A stretch of DNA of 64,000 nucleotides from an uncultured Nitrospiraceae bacterium. Lineage in GTDB: Bacteria > Nitrospirota > Thermodesulfovibrionia > Thermodesulfovibrionales > SM23-35. Position 1 is the stretch's first letter. Each line of letters opens with the position of its first letter. Below are positions 48,317 through 58,840 of this stretch, piece by piece. Made by a program: the position numbers and the translations under genes. The DNA is taken from the NCBI GenBank assembly GCA_963727775.1, contig CAVSHB010000001.1:736001-800000 (forward strand), given 5' to 3'. The notes under the pieces were generated by a model. The model was not told the origin of the DNA. It did not search any database and saw only the letters and a list, made by a program, of their open reading frames with translations.

Positions 48317-49579
48317 TTATGCAGCCTCCTGGTATTGAAGTGAGACTATAGAGAAATCTTTTTTGTATACACTTTGGTCACGCACAACAGCAAATATGAT
48401 TCCAAGAAGTTTTCTTGCTACGGCGATCAGCGCCTTGGTCTTAGGCATGCCCCGCTCAAGGTACTTTTGATATTGATCGTGCATTATTCCACCTCTGCGG
48501 ACTGTGTTGAGCGAGGCAAAGTACAAAAGTTTACGCAGCAGGTGACGGCCTCGCTTAGATATGCGTCGCTTCCCCTTGTATTGGCCAGAACTGATCTCAT
48601 AAAGGTCCAGCCCTGCGAGCTTTAGGATCTCGGAGAGGGTTTGAAACTTCCGAAAATCACCCACTTCACCGATAAGACCGGCAGTGGTAACCTCTTTAAT
48701 CCCCTTTATCGAGAGGATCGAGCCACTGTATGGAATCTGCTTCAGATAATACCCCATTTCCTTTTCCAGATCCCCGGTAAAGGACTCAGCAGCGTCCATG
48801 GCGATAAGAAGTTCTCTTATCTCACGTATAATGCTCGTCATGCCTTCGGTTACACCTATAGAAGCTGTTGCAGCCTCATAGAGGGCCTTGGCGCGATCTT
48901 CCTTCAGCTTTCCGCGGCTGACCTTATTGATCGTTGCACTCAAATTATCAAGACCGTACGCGACAATATCCTTGGGTGCTGGGCACTGCGCAAGGAGATA
49001 TCGGGCAGTCAACGTCTTTACATCCTTCATTACCTGCAAAAACTCAGGAAAGATAATCGCAAGCAAGCTCTGGAGCTGGTTCACCAGGGATACATAACGC
49101 TCGTTGCTCCTTTCCCTGGCCTGAGTGAGCCTCCTGAGTTCGGCCGCTGGACCTTCCGGGATCACTACAGTCAGGGCGTGGCCAAGTGCCATAATATCAG
49201 CGATAACCTTTGGGTCTTTCTGGTCGGTCTTGTTCGGCGAATTACCCTGAAGCTCCTTAAGCCTCTTAGTGTGCATAGGGCTTACTTGTACCATGTGTAC
49301 GCCTCTCGCACGCATGAAATGAACAAGAGGTTCGGCATACGGCCCGGTGGACTCGTATCCAAAAACAATATCTTCGATGTTATGGAGCTTTTTGGCATAA
49401 GATACACGATCCCAGAACTCTTGGAAACCCCTGCCGTTGTTCCAGAAGGCAAAGGGCTTCACATCGCTTCCGTCCGGACAGCGCCAGTATCCAAAATGTC
49501 TATCCTTTCCCATATCAGCTGTCACAATCATCGTTCTACCATTGACTACTTTAAACTTTTTTGTTTTACTCTTCTTCAT
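48317..49579 (-). CDS. IS110-family DEDD recombinase/transposase
   Basis: AD.GK, YESTG.Y, KTDQKD, AGL....SSG, ISKRG...LR, A.ARKL. Confidence 0.95.
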   Translation of the reverse strand: MKKSKTKKFKVVNGRTMIVTADMGKDRHFGYWRCPDGSDVKPFAFWNNGRGFQEFWDRVSYAKKLHNIEDIVFGYESTGPYAEPLVHFMRARGVHMVQVSPMHTKRLKELQGNSPNKTDQKDPKVIADIMALGHALTVVIPEGPAAELRRLTQARERSNERYVSLVNQLQSLLAIIFPEFLQVMKDVKTLTARYLLAQCPAPKDIVAYGLDNLSATINKVSRGKLKEDRAKALYEAATASIGVTEGMTSIIREIRELLIAMDAAESFTGDLEKEMGYYLKQIPYSGSILSIKGIKEVTTAGLIGEVGDFRKFQTLSEILKLAGLDLYEISSGQYKGKRRISKRGRHLLRKLLYFASLNTVRRGGIMHDQYQKYLERGMPKTKALIAVARKLLGIIFAVVRDQSVYKKDFSIVSLQYQEAA

Positions 49580-50147
49580 GGCTATACTCCTTTCTTTGGT
49601 TTGGATTTAACCAACTCGCACATTGGTCTGAATCAAGAAAGAGTATAGCCTTCTTTAACAAGGCCTAACTCTACAACAATATAGCAAGCTCCGCATTTAC
49701 GCGGAGCGGTAATTCACGAAGAGTTTGTCCCGAACTACGCACTGTACAATCGAAGCGGAGATTTCTGCTACTCGTCGGGCTGACACCTCTGAGAGATAGC
49801 CTGCAGTGTTAGTTATTTTTGATAATCAATGAAAAACGTGACCACTACACGGGAAATAAGGTTTCGCCCTGAAGTATGCACAGCCTTGGAGAGCTGACAA
49901 GGTAGTCTCGCGATCTGGACTTCACCGCGAACCAACACTGGCACTACTTTAACAGAGTAACAATTATCGGGCAAAACCTTCAGTCTTCTCAGGGACCTGA
50001 GCTTGAAAAGTACATGTCGTTATCGGCACTTGAGATGGATAGGCAAAGCCGGACTAAACAACTTTTCTGAACTTTACACTGTTTATGTTTGATATAATTA
50101 TGCTGATTACCTGGGAATTGCATATAAGAAAAAAGGGGAATATTGAA

Positions 50148-51176
50148 ATGACTGTACTGACTCAGGAGAACCTCCCTCTGGTTTCTGTAATCGTCCCTAG
50201 CTTTAATAATGGACGTTTTATTGGACCTGCCCTAGAGAGCCTTTTTCTACAAACCTATCCTAAAGAAAAGAGGGAAATAATAGTCATTGACGATGGCTCC
50301 ACTGATAACACTCCGGAGGTCCTTAAAAAGTTCGACCAAAACATTCTTCACGTTCGACAGCAGCATCAAGGGATTTCAAGCGCGAGGAATGCCGGCATAT
50401 CCCATGCGGGCGGAGAAATAATTACGTTTCTCGACTCTGACGACCTATGGTATGAGGAGAGACTCCAGAGAGTCGTTGAGAGATTTGTAAAGGATCCCCG
50501 CTTAGGTATAGTGTATCACCCTATTGAATTGATCAACAGCGAGGGAGTTACTATTGAAAAGAATTTTTATGCCGCCTTTGGCTATGAAGAGGGAATCAGC
50601 GGTTGGGTGGGAAATGAGATGGCTTCCGGAAAAATATTTTCAGGAGGGAGTTCCTTTGCATTCAGGAGAGATATTGTCGATCTACTCTATCCCCTTCCTG
50701 AGGATGTAAGAAGAGGTGTCGATTATTATATGACCGTAATCTTCTCCTGCTATGCCCCTGCTGAATATATACCACAAATACTCGGCAAATACCGAGTACA
50801 TTCCGGCAATGTCACAATGTCGGTGGGGTTAGACGACAGGATAACATTGGCCACAATTAATAAGGATTTCGCCCATACAAGACAAAAGGTTATGGAGAAA
50901 ATCTCGAGCCTGCTTCCCCCTCATGCTAAAAGACTGGATTTCAACATACTCAATAGGCTTCAGGCAAAAGAGATGATCTTTTTCCATGTACTTTCGGGAG
51001 AACGCGCAAACGCAATAAAAAAAATTCCAGCCCTTTTTAGAGGAAGTCCGCCCCTAAAAGAGCTTTTACGGGGCGTTACAGTAAGCATTATGGCTTTCTC
51101 TATTCCTGGATTTCTTTATCCAAAAATGGTGAGAGCTCACCGACTTCTCACGAGACTAAAGATGCTTACGCTCTGA
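50148..51176 (+). CDS. Glycosyltransferase family 2
   Basis: VSVIVPSFN, IDDGSTD, SARNAG, FLDSDD. Confidence 0.93.
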   Translation: MTVLTQENLPLVSVIVPSFNNGRFIGPALESLFLQTYPKEKREIIVIDDGSTDNTPEVLKKFDQNILHVRQQHQGISSARNAGISHAGGEIITFLDSDDLWYEERLQRVVERFVKDPRLGIVYHPIELINSEGVTIEKNFYAAFGYEEGISGWVGNEMASGKIFSGGSSFAFRRDIVDLLYPLPEDVRRGVDYYMTVIFSCYAPAEYIPQILGKYRVHSGNVTMSVGLDDRITLATINKDFAHTRQKVMEKISSLLPPHAKRLDFNILNRLQAKEMIFFHVLSGERANAIKKIPALFRGSPPLKELLRGVTVSIMAFSIPGFLYPKMVRAHRLLTRLKMLTL

Positions 51177-51191
51177 GAATAAAGGACAACA

Positions 51192-52274
51192 ATGACGATA
51201 AGAAGGAAAAGTAAAATTATCTTCAAGAAGGCGATTTGGCGATTAAAAGACAATCTTGTTCAGTGGCTTTGGTTTGTTCTTAATGTGCAAAGAAATCGTA
51301 TAGGGTTTTACAAAGGGCTTTTAACATGGCAAAGGGAATCGAGGCATAGGAGACTCAGAAGGAAGGTACACATTTGTCTCCTGGAAGTGTACCCTAAGGA
51401 GGGAAAGTTTGGTCGCTTCACTGCGTTCTGGATAAATGAGAGAAGCCGCATCTGTTCTGCATCTTTGAATACAAGGATAGAGGATGCTGATGTGTTATGG
51501 GTTTACTCGCAAGATCCCTTGCCGCCTGACAGCAAAAAAGAACTGCTGCAAATGGTCAAAAAAGCAAAGGAGGGAACCCCGGTCATCAATCATCCGGAAG
51601 TGTATAACTCTTACCATGAAGATTATGCCTTCAGGGCTCTGGAAAATGCGGGAGTGAACGTACCGCGGTCGATGTTTACAGAGCATGATGTCGGAAAGAC
51701 ACCTGTCGTATATAAAATAAGTGGGAAGCACTGGTCTCCCAAGCTTCTGTCGCTTTACCGTGGTCCTATTAAGGGATATCGTCCTTTTGAGTTTATTGAT
51801 TCAAAAGGACTGGACGGTCTTTACAGACAGTACAGGGTTCTCTATGTGGTGGGCATCATTCATCCCAATTATATAGCCTACAGCCACAAATGGAATGTAG
51901 AACGTACGAACAGAGAACACTTTGAATACACATTTGAGATGTTACCCATTGAAACCGAATCCATTCACTTAATTGCTCGGGTCCTCAACATTCAATACTT
52001 TTCCGTTGATTATCTGAGAAGAAGCTCTGACAATCTTCCGTTTTTTACTGACATCAATGTCTATCCCCTCCCCATTGATTTTACTGAAACAGCACGGGAA
52101 TTTGGGTACTATGGCCGGTGGCACCTCGTTGACAACCGTTTGCGGCTGGACATGTCCGAGCCTTCGGGAAGACCTTTTTGGGAAGATTTCGATGAGACCA
52201 TGTTATCCTTTGCCGGCAAGACTTTTCAGAAGAATAATATTTTCAAGGAAACTTGTAGAAATAGAATAAGATAA
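51192..52274 (+). CDS. Hypothetical protein, ATP-grasp-like
   Basis: PVINHP, L..AGV.VP, FEFID, YRV, FSVDYL...FF.DIN.YP resemble ATP-grasp motifs. Confidence 0.55.
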   Translation: MTIRRKSKIIFKKAIWRLKDNLVQWLWFVLNVQRNRIGFYKGLLTWQRESRHRRLRRKVHICLLEVYPKEGKFGRFTAFWINERSRICSASLNTRIEDADVLWVYSQDPLPPDSKKELLQMVKKAKEGTPVINHPEVYNSYHEDYAFRALENAGVNVPRSMFTEHDVGKTPVVYKISGKHWSPKLLSLYRGPIKGYRPFEFIDSKGLDGLYRQYRVLYVVGIIHPNYIAYSHKWNVERTNREHFEYTFEMLPIETESIHLIARVLNIQYFSVDYLRRSSDNLPFFTDINVYPLPIDFTETAREFGYYGRWHLVDNRLRLDMSEPSGRPFWEDFDETMLSFAGKTFQKNNIFKETCRNRIR

Positions 52275-52327
52275 GGATAAGATATTTTTTGCATTGTCAC
52301 TTTTTGGTGTTGCACATGATATGAATT

Positions 52328-53728
52328 ATGGGAGTACTTGAGGTTGCCAAAAAATTTATAAAGTTATCATCATTTGCGGAAAGAGCTGCTCTGAATATTT
52401 GTGAACGTTTACCGCGCTCTCTCTGGTATAGGATATTTTGCGGACCAACATTTTTTTACTGGCTATCCTTTTTGAAGGAATCAGAATATTGGGACAAAGA
52501 CAGGTTCTTTAATTACCAATTTGAACAGACAAAGAATCTCCTTGTACATGCAATGAACAATGTTCCCTACTATAGAAGACTTTTTTCAGATACCGGTTTC
52601 CGACCTCATAAAATGCAGAGTTTAGACTATTTAGAGTCCCTTCCTTATCTCAGTAAAGAAGTGGTAAGGGACCATCCCGATCAGTTCATTGATGAGCGTA
52701 TAGCATCGAACTCCCTCGTTGAGAAACGCACGAGCGGTTCTACCGGTATCCCGATGACCGTCTATGAAACTCGTGAGTCTCATGCAGCATTCCATGCCTT
52801 CAGAGCGAACCTGTTGGATAGAGTGGGCTACACCCTGAACTCAAGGGAAGTGATACTGTGGCCATTCATTAAGATAGGGCAAAGGAAAAACCTTCCGTTT
52901 ATGAGATACGGCAATAAACTGATCTTTTCCATACGATATCTGACCGGGGAATGGCTTTCCCGATGCTATGATATGATAAGTAAGTTCAACCCCGAGTATA
53001 TTTCCGGCTATCCATCTTCCCTGACTGTTCTTTCATCCTTTATCAAAAGCAATAGTCTGCCTTCCGCTAAGAAGTTAAGGGCGGTTATCACTTATTCAGA
53101 AACCCTTTATGGATGGCAAAGGGACCTTATAGAAAAGGCTTTTGACACCAGGGTTTTTCCCATGTATTCCATGGTGGAGTGCGCAGTACTTGGCGGTGAC
53201 TGTGAACACTCCACAGATATCCACACGTACCCCCAATATGGTTTGACAGAGCTTGTGGAGTCGGTTGAAGGTCATAAGGAAATCGTTGCCACTGGATTCA
53301 CGAATTATGCCATGCCATTTATACGGTACAAGACATGCGATCTGGTGACAGGGTCCAAAGAATCCTGCCCGAAATGCGGACGCAATCACAGAACGTTAAA
53401 GACAATAGAAGGCAGGATACAGGACTTCCTTGTGGGGAAGACCGGTGAGATAATACCCAGGCTTATGCCTTGGATAAAGACCTTTCCCAATGTGCTTCAG
53501 CTGCAATTTTATCAGGAAGAGCCGGGAAGAGCTTATTTGAAAATTGTCAGAGGGAATGCATATGCAGATAGAGATACTAACTACATCAAGGAAAGGCTTG
53601 ACGAGATGCTTGGCTTGATGACCACTCAAATTGCGATAGAAATAGTTTTTGTCGATCATATTCAATCGACTTCGTCAGGAAAGGTTAGGATGGTGGACCA
53701 GAAACTGGACTTGAAGCATTTTTTATGA
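52328..53728 (+). CDS. Phenylacetate-CoA ligase-like adenylate-forming enzyme (CapK-like)
   Basis: NVPYYR, TSGSTG.P, GYPS, YSM.E, MPFIRY.T.D, IEGR..D, SGK. Confidence 0.88.
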   Translation: MGVLEVAKKFIKLSSFAERAALNICERLPRSLWYRIFCGPTFFYWLSFLKESEYWDKDRFFNYQFEQTKNLLVHAMNNVPYYRRLFSDTGFRPHKMQSLDYLESLPYLSKEVVRDHPDQFIDERIASNSLVEKRTSGSTGIPMTVYETRESHAAFHAFRANLLDRVGYTLNSREVILWPFIKIGQRKNLPFMRYGNKLIFSIRYLTGEWLSRCYDMISKFNPEYISGYPSSLTVLSSFIKSNSLPSAKKLRAVITYSETLYGWQRDLIEKAFDTRVFPMYSMVECAVLGGDCEHSTDIHTYPQYGLTELVESVEGHKEIVATGFTNYAMPFIRYKTCDLVTGSKESCPKCGRNHRTLKTIEGRIQDFLVGKTGEIIPRLMPWIKTFPNVLQLQFYQEEPGRAYLKIVRGNAYADRDTNYIKERLDEMLGLMTTQIAIEIVFVDHIQSTSSGKVRMVDQKLDLKHFL

Positions 53729-53761
53729 AACGGGAATTAGAAGGAGGTAGGGGTTAGCGAT

Positions 53762-55705
53762 ATGTGCGGGATATTGGGAATGATTTCACGTGATCTACCC
53801 CAAACCACAGTCATCAGGGAGGCACTGAACTCTATTAAGCACCGAGGGCCTGATGACGAAGGATACTTATTCCTCAACACCTTTGATGGCAACTGTATCC
53901 AGGCGTTAGGTGATGATGCCTGCTCAGATCTCCAGGGTAAGTATAAAAATATAAAAGATGCGGACATAACAACTTCGCACGCTATGCTCGGGCATAGAAG
54001 ACTCGCCATCATTGATGTATCCTCAAGGGGGCATCAGCCCATGAATTATGACAACGGCAATCTCTGGATTACGTACAATGGCGAGATTTTCAATTACAAG
54101 GAACTGAAGATGGAATTGCAGGCAAGTGGATACCGTTTTTCTTCAGGTACCGACACAGAGGTGATACTCGCTGCGTACTCAAAATGGGGAGAGGACTGTG
54201 TTAACAGATTCAATGGCCAATGGGCGTTCTGTATCTACGATAAGAGGAACAAAATGTTTTTTTGTTCAAGGGACAGATTTGGGATAAAGCCCTTTTATTA
54301 CTGGTTTGACGGCAGGAATTTTGCTTTTGCTTCAGAAATCAAGGTACTTCTGAAAATACCCTTTGTGAAAAGAGAGATAAACAGAGAGTTGATGTTTGAA
54401 TTTATTGTGTTCCATATGATGCACCATTCAGAAGAGAACATGTACAAAGGTATTTATCAACTCCTGCCCTCACACAACCTTACTTTTGATCTGGAGAGAC
54501 AGTGTATTTTGGTCAAGAGATACTATGAATTGCCCTTTAATGAGGAATTGGGCAGATATGATGAGCGACAAGCGTTAAGATATGCGGATGACATCAGGGA
54601 TTTGCTCGTTGATGCAGTAAAAGTGCGGCTGATATCTGATGTTCCTGTTGGGAGCTGCCTATCAGGGGGACTGGATTCCTCTTCTATTGTGGCCATTATC
54701 AATAAGCTTTTAAAGGCAGGAACCATTAGTGAAAGATCAATTGGCGAAAAGCAAAAAACCTTTACCGCATCCTTTGACGACCCTTTAATTGATGAGAAGC
54801 TTTATGCAGATGAGGTTATCAAACACACCGGAATTGAAAGCTTTTTCGTTTATCCCACAGCAGAGAGGTTGTGGAAGGAACTTGATAATTTCCTGTTTTA
54901 TCATGACGAACTCTGCAAAAACACGAACATCTATGCAGGGTGGGAAGTGATGCGCCTGGCATCACGCCACGTTAAGGTGGTATTGAACGGCCAGGGAGGC
55001 GATGAACTTTTTGGAGGGTATCCCCAGTACGAACCGGTTTATCTGGCAGACCTGATAAAAAAAATGCGGGTGAAAGACCTTTGTCTATTCTTGTCAGGGA
55101 GAAGTAAGCGGTATAGTCTAAAGCGCTCTTTTTCTGATGGTGTAATGGGCTGTTATATTGCGTTCATTCCTGACAGTCTCAAGAAATATCTATTCAAGAA
55201 AAGGAATAGGGAACAATTTAAACACATTAAGAATCTTTTGGGGGATTTAGACTTTGATGAGAGAGGCCTTAAAAGAATGACGGAACGATTGAGATCATTG
55301 AATTATCTCCTCCATTGCGATATAACGAAAGATTATTTGAGGGAGCTTCTTAAGGACGATGACAGAAATGCATCAGCATTTTCCATTGAAAATCGTGTAC
55401 CTTTTATTGACCATAGGCTTGTTGAATATGTATCGGGAATCCCTTCCATCTATAAAATTTACAACGGCTGGAGCAAATGGCTCCTCAGGCTCGCAATGAG
55501 AGAATTACTGCCAGAGAAGATACTATGGAGAAAAGACAAGATCGGCTTTGCAACGCCGTTTGAGAGCTGGATGCGGCATAAAGATTCTCCCATTCCATTC
55601 GTAATGTCTCAGTATTGGCTGCGAGGTAACGTCCCGTTTTTTCTGTGGAAGATTTACCTTGTGCAGAGATTGCTTGCACGAGATGGTCAGAATGTCTCTG
55701 CCTGA
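53762..55705 (+). CDS. asnB: Asparagine synthase (glutamine-hydrolysing)-like amidotransferase
   Basis: MCGI, HRGPD, HRRLAIID, NGEIFN, RDRFGIKP, LSGGLDSS, GQGGDELFGGY. Confidence 0.92.
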   Translation: MCGILGMISRDLPQTTVIREALNSIKHRGPDDEGYLFLNTFDGNCIQALGDDACSDLQGKYKNIKDADITTSHAMLGHRRLAIIDVSSRGHQPMNYDNGNLWITYNGEIFNYKELKMELQASGYRFSSGTDTEVILAAYSKWGEDCVNRFNGQWAFCIYDKRNKMFFCSRDRFGIKPFYYWFDGRNFAFASEIKVLLKIPFVKREINRELMFEFIVFHMMHHSEENMYKGIYQLLPSHNLTFDLERQCILVKRYYELPFNEELGRYDERQALRYADDIRDLLVDAVKVRLISDVPVGSCLSGGLDSSSIVAIINKLLKAGTISERSIGEKQKTFTASFDDPLIDEKLYADEVIKHTGIESFFVYPTAERLWKELDNFLFYHDELCKNTNIYAGWEVMRLASRHVKVVLNGQGGDELFGGYPQYEPVYLADLIKKMRVKDLCLFLSGRSKRYSLKRSFSDGVMGCYIAFIPDSLKKYLFKKRNREQFKHIKNLLGDLDFDERGLKRMTERLRSLNYLLHCDITKDYLRELLKDDDRNASAFSIENRVPFIDHRLVEYVSGIPSIYKIYNGWSKWLLRLAMRELLPEKILWRKDKIGFATPFESWMRHKDSPIPFVMSQYWLRGNVPFFLWKIYLVQRLLARDGQNVSA

Positions 55706-56056
55706 TGAGTTCTTGAGTAGGGGTTCTCTACTTTATTGAGCGCTTATTGGCGCCGCGGGTAACTACTCGTTACCTTCATCTGTCAGCTTTCCATTGACTA
55801 TCTATTTCCAAAAGAATCTCTCGCCTGTGGCAGAAAAGCGACAGTGACGTATAGCAGGAAGTAGCAAACGCTGAATATTTAGATAAAAAGCTGTTACGAC
55901 CATGGGGAAGAAAAGAATAGTTTTTTAACATAGACACAAAATATAGACACAAAATAAAGAGAGCCAATTTAAGGGTTGTGCCTGATTGGACAGTCTTCCT
56001 GCACCGGCAACTTCTGCCTGCATTGGCAGGATGACTAAATACCCTTATATGGCTCC

Positions 56057-56238
56057 AGAATAACTTGCGATCTCAGTTCCGGGATACCTTGAACTCTTTC
56101 GTCTAAGTGGGTGCTTCGGTAGATGCCTTTAGGTTTCCTCCTCGCTGCTGGAGGCTTACTCACCGACACCTAACTCCTGCTTCCCCTTCTACGTTTGATC
56201 CTCAGGTTTAATCCGTCCTGAGTATCGCAATTTCTTCT
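56057..56238 (-). ncRNA. ssrS: Probable 6S RNA
   Basis: About 182 nt; ends pair (AGAA..TTGCGAT.CTCAG / CTGAGATCGCAA..TTCT); internal CCTGA...GGGGAAGC and GCACCCAC...GTTCAAGG motifs; TATAAT at 56248-56243 just upstream. Confidence 0.6.
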
Positions 56239-56545
56239 CTTGATTATAAGATTACTCTTTTTTAGAGTTATTTCAAGAGCTGATTAATTGATAAAAATGA
56301 TGTCTGCAGTCAATCTAATCCGGATTATAATTGTTATTGATTAATATCCCTCTCAATCATCAGTATTTAAGGTCTTTTAAGGCTTGTATTGAAAATCAGT
56401 CAAGGCTTTTCCCAAGCGTATAAAATAATGCTATGAAGTTGAAGTATGCACTGCGCTGTGCTTCCTTGCAGTTCACACCCTTGGGGTTTGCTATAATGAT
56501 AAATATTACAAACGGTATTAATTACTTGCTAAGGAGGGACTACGA

Positions 56546-56974
56546 ATGAAGGGTAGCAAAGGTTTATTCTCGACAGGATGTGTACTCTTAATTCTCTTAA
56601 GCTGGATGCCAGCTCTTGCGAATGAAACGGCTGAAGAAAGAGCAAATAAGGCTTCTGATACGTGGCTAAAATTAATTGATAACAATCAATATGCAAAAAG
56701 CTGGGAAATAGCTGCTGAACTCTTTAAGAACTTTGTTAGTGAGGACCAGTGGAATCAATCACTTAATGCAGTACGAAAAACCCTTGGAAAAGTTATAGAA
56801 AGAACTGTGAAGTCAAAGCAGTACACCACGACTTTGCCGGGAGCGCCGGATGGCGAATATGTTGTCATTCAGTATGCAACTTCCTTTGAAAATAAGAAAT
56901 CCGCAATTGAGACTGTTACCCCCATGCTTGATAAAGACGGTAAATGGCGAGTATCTGGGTACTACATAAAATAG
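56546..56974 (+). CDS. DUF4019 domain exported protein
   Basis: WL.LID...Y..SW, LPGAPDGEYVVIQY.TSF..K..A.ETVT, WRV.GY. Confidence 0.88.
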   Translation: MKGSKGLFSTGCVLLILLSWMPALANETAEERANKASDTWLKLIDNNQYAKSWEIAAELFKNFVSEDQWNQSLNAVRKTLGKVIERTVKSKQYTTTLPGAPDGEYVVIQYATSFENKKSAIETVTPMLDKDGKWRVSGYYIK

Positions 56975-57143
56975 AATAGCCCAATATGATGGTTGACTAT
57001 CCTAATATGAAAGAGCACCATTGATAACTTTTTCTTTCTGTACTCGATATTTTCAAAACTTGATATAATGTGCATAGTACAATCGGAAATTATCAATGAA
57101 AAGATTTTCGCGACACAGGACTCGATAGGGAAGAGAACATATT

Positions 57144-57698
57144 ATGAAACTTACACATACACAGGTAGGCTATCTTACCGTTGCGGTTGTTATTCTCATT
57201 TTCTACTCACCGTCCGCCGCCGATATATATAAGTACATTGACGATAACGGCAACGCCAGATTTACCGACGATCCGGGGGATAAGGCTCAAATAGTATCCC
57301 GCGACGCTCAGGATAGTAACAGTCTGACCGAGACGTCTTTCAAACTTGTAGACAATCATATCGTGGTTCCGGTCACAGTCAGCTACAAGGGGCGTGAGGT
57401 CAAAGGTCAGTTTGTGTTTGATACCGGCGCTGCTACCTCGCTCATCAGTCCGAATATTGCTAGGCAGCTGGAAATAAACTCTAGATACGACCATCATTCG
57501 TGGATACAAGGGGTCGGGGGGATCACCTTGGCTGGTTCGGTGGTCCTCGATTCGATCAGCATCGGCCCGAGACGGGTTAGTAGTGTCAAAGTGCCGGTTA
57601 CCTCGGTCGGAAGTTACGACGGCCTGCTCGGCAATGATCTGCTGAAAAGTTCCCGCTTCCAGATAGACTACGAAGACCGTCTCATCCGTTGGCAATGA
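57144..57698 (+). CDS. DUF4124 + retropepsin-like aspartyl protease
   Basis: ADIYKYID.NG...FTD, FDTGA, GLLG.D.L. Confidence 0.88.
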   Translation: MKLTHTQVGYLTVAVVILIFYSPSAADIYKYIDDNGNARFTDDPGDKAQIVSRDAQDSNSLTETSFKLVDNHIVVPVTVSYKGREVKGQFVFDTGAATSLISPNIARQLEINSRYDHHSWIQGVGGITLAGSVVLDSISIGPRRVSSVKVPVTSVGSYDGLLGNDLLKSSRFQIDYEDRLIRWQ

Positions 57699-57898
57699 GT
57701 GCCGCACGTATGTGGTACCAAACGGAATATGGGGTCAGGTCTATAAAAAGTGACGACGGGTCACCCGTTGACGTGGGACAAGGAGAGTCCATGTGCAAGC
57801 TTCCTTCCTGAAAGCCGCAAGAATAATCTGTGATATAATTGTCCAGATTATAAATGGTAATCGGCGGCTTGCAAATTATTCGTAGACATGTTCGGTGA

Positions 57899-58699
57899 AT
57901 GACTATAAACATTACGAAATGTGCGCACATTATGGTAATCATACTAATGCTATCGGGGTGTGATCTTCAATACAAACTTCTCTATTACCCAAATACCTCT
58001 ATGCCCTCTAAGGATGTACTCACTGCCAACAACATTCAATGCTAGCCATCAAATGCAGGCAATTATAAAGGGTTTGTCAGCACCGCCGAGAGCACTCACT
58101 TAATGGGCACAATTATAGTTTTTCACGGGAATGCTGGCACGGCAGCAGATAGGACCTACTATATAGAAGCTTTGGCACCATTGGGGTATCGGGTTATCCT
58201 TGCAGAATATCCAGGGTATGGAGCAAGAGTAGGGAAATTGGGAGAAAAGGCATTTGTAAGCGATGCGAAAGAAATAGTACACGATGTCTACAAACATTAT
58301 GGGAGTCCTATTTTTCTTTTAGGAGAATCTTTAGGATGCGGCGTAGCAGCGGCGGTAGCGAAGGAACCGCCTGTTACCATCGACGGAATATTTCTCATTA
58401 CCCCTTGGGATACGCTCCTGTCTGTTGCTAAATCTAAATTCTCTTGGCTTCCGTTACAGTTCTTTATGAAAGACAAATATGACAGCATGAGTAGTCTTAA
58501 AGGCTATCAGGGAAGGATTGCTATAGTGGGAGCGGAAAGGGATGAGGTAATACCAATGAGGCACGCTGTTGCATTATATCAATCATTACCTGGAAGAAAA
58601 GCCATGTGGGTGGTTAAGGGGGCGGGGCACAACGATTGGCCAATGATTGTAGACAAACTGTGGTGGCGAGAAATTATGGAATTCCTCTCTACAAAATAA
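57899..58699 (+). pseudogene. Alpha/beta hydrolase lipoprotein interrupted by an in-frame TAG at 58043-58045
   Basis: ATG 57899 gives a lipobox LSGC and LLYYP in frame with FHGNAG, EYPGYG, GESLG, GHND. Confidence 0.75.
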
Positions 58700-58840
58700 C
58701 TTCTGAAGCAAACATTTACTAACCTTGAAATAGTTCTGAGGAGTACGAATGGAATTGATGGGGAAAGCTCATCGAGCCTCAAAAGTGTGTCTAAAGAAGG
58801 AACAGATATTTCGCAAGGCGTGTCCCATTCTATATAAAAT

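Larger units (their letters stand above)
48014..49686 (-). mobile_element. IS110-family insertion sequence
   Basis: Transposase plus about 300 nt of 3' non-coding DNA; AGCA (TGCT on the element strand, containing a CT core) at 48014-48017 and 49683-49686 proposed as the ends. Confidence 0.8.

Noticed and set aside
48641..49648. 335-aa plus-strand ORF
   Set aside because: Antisense to the IS110 transposase
49687..50050. Possible gene interrupted by the IS110
   Set aside because: The frame across the reconstructed junction is open for only a short distance; no start or family recognised
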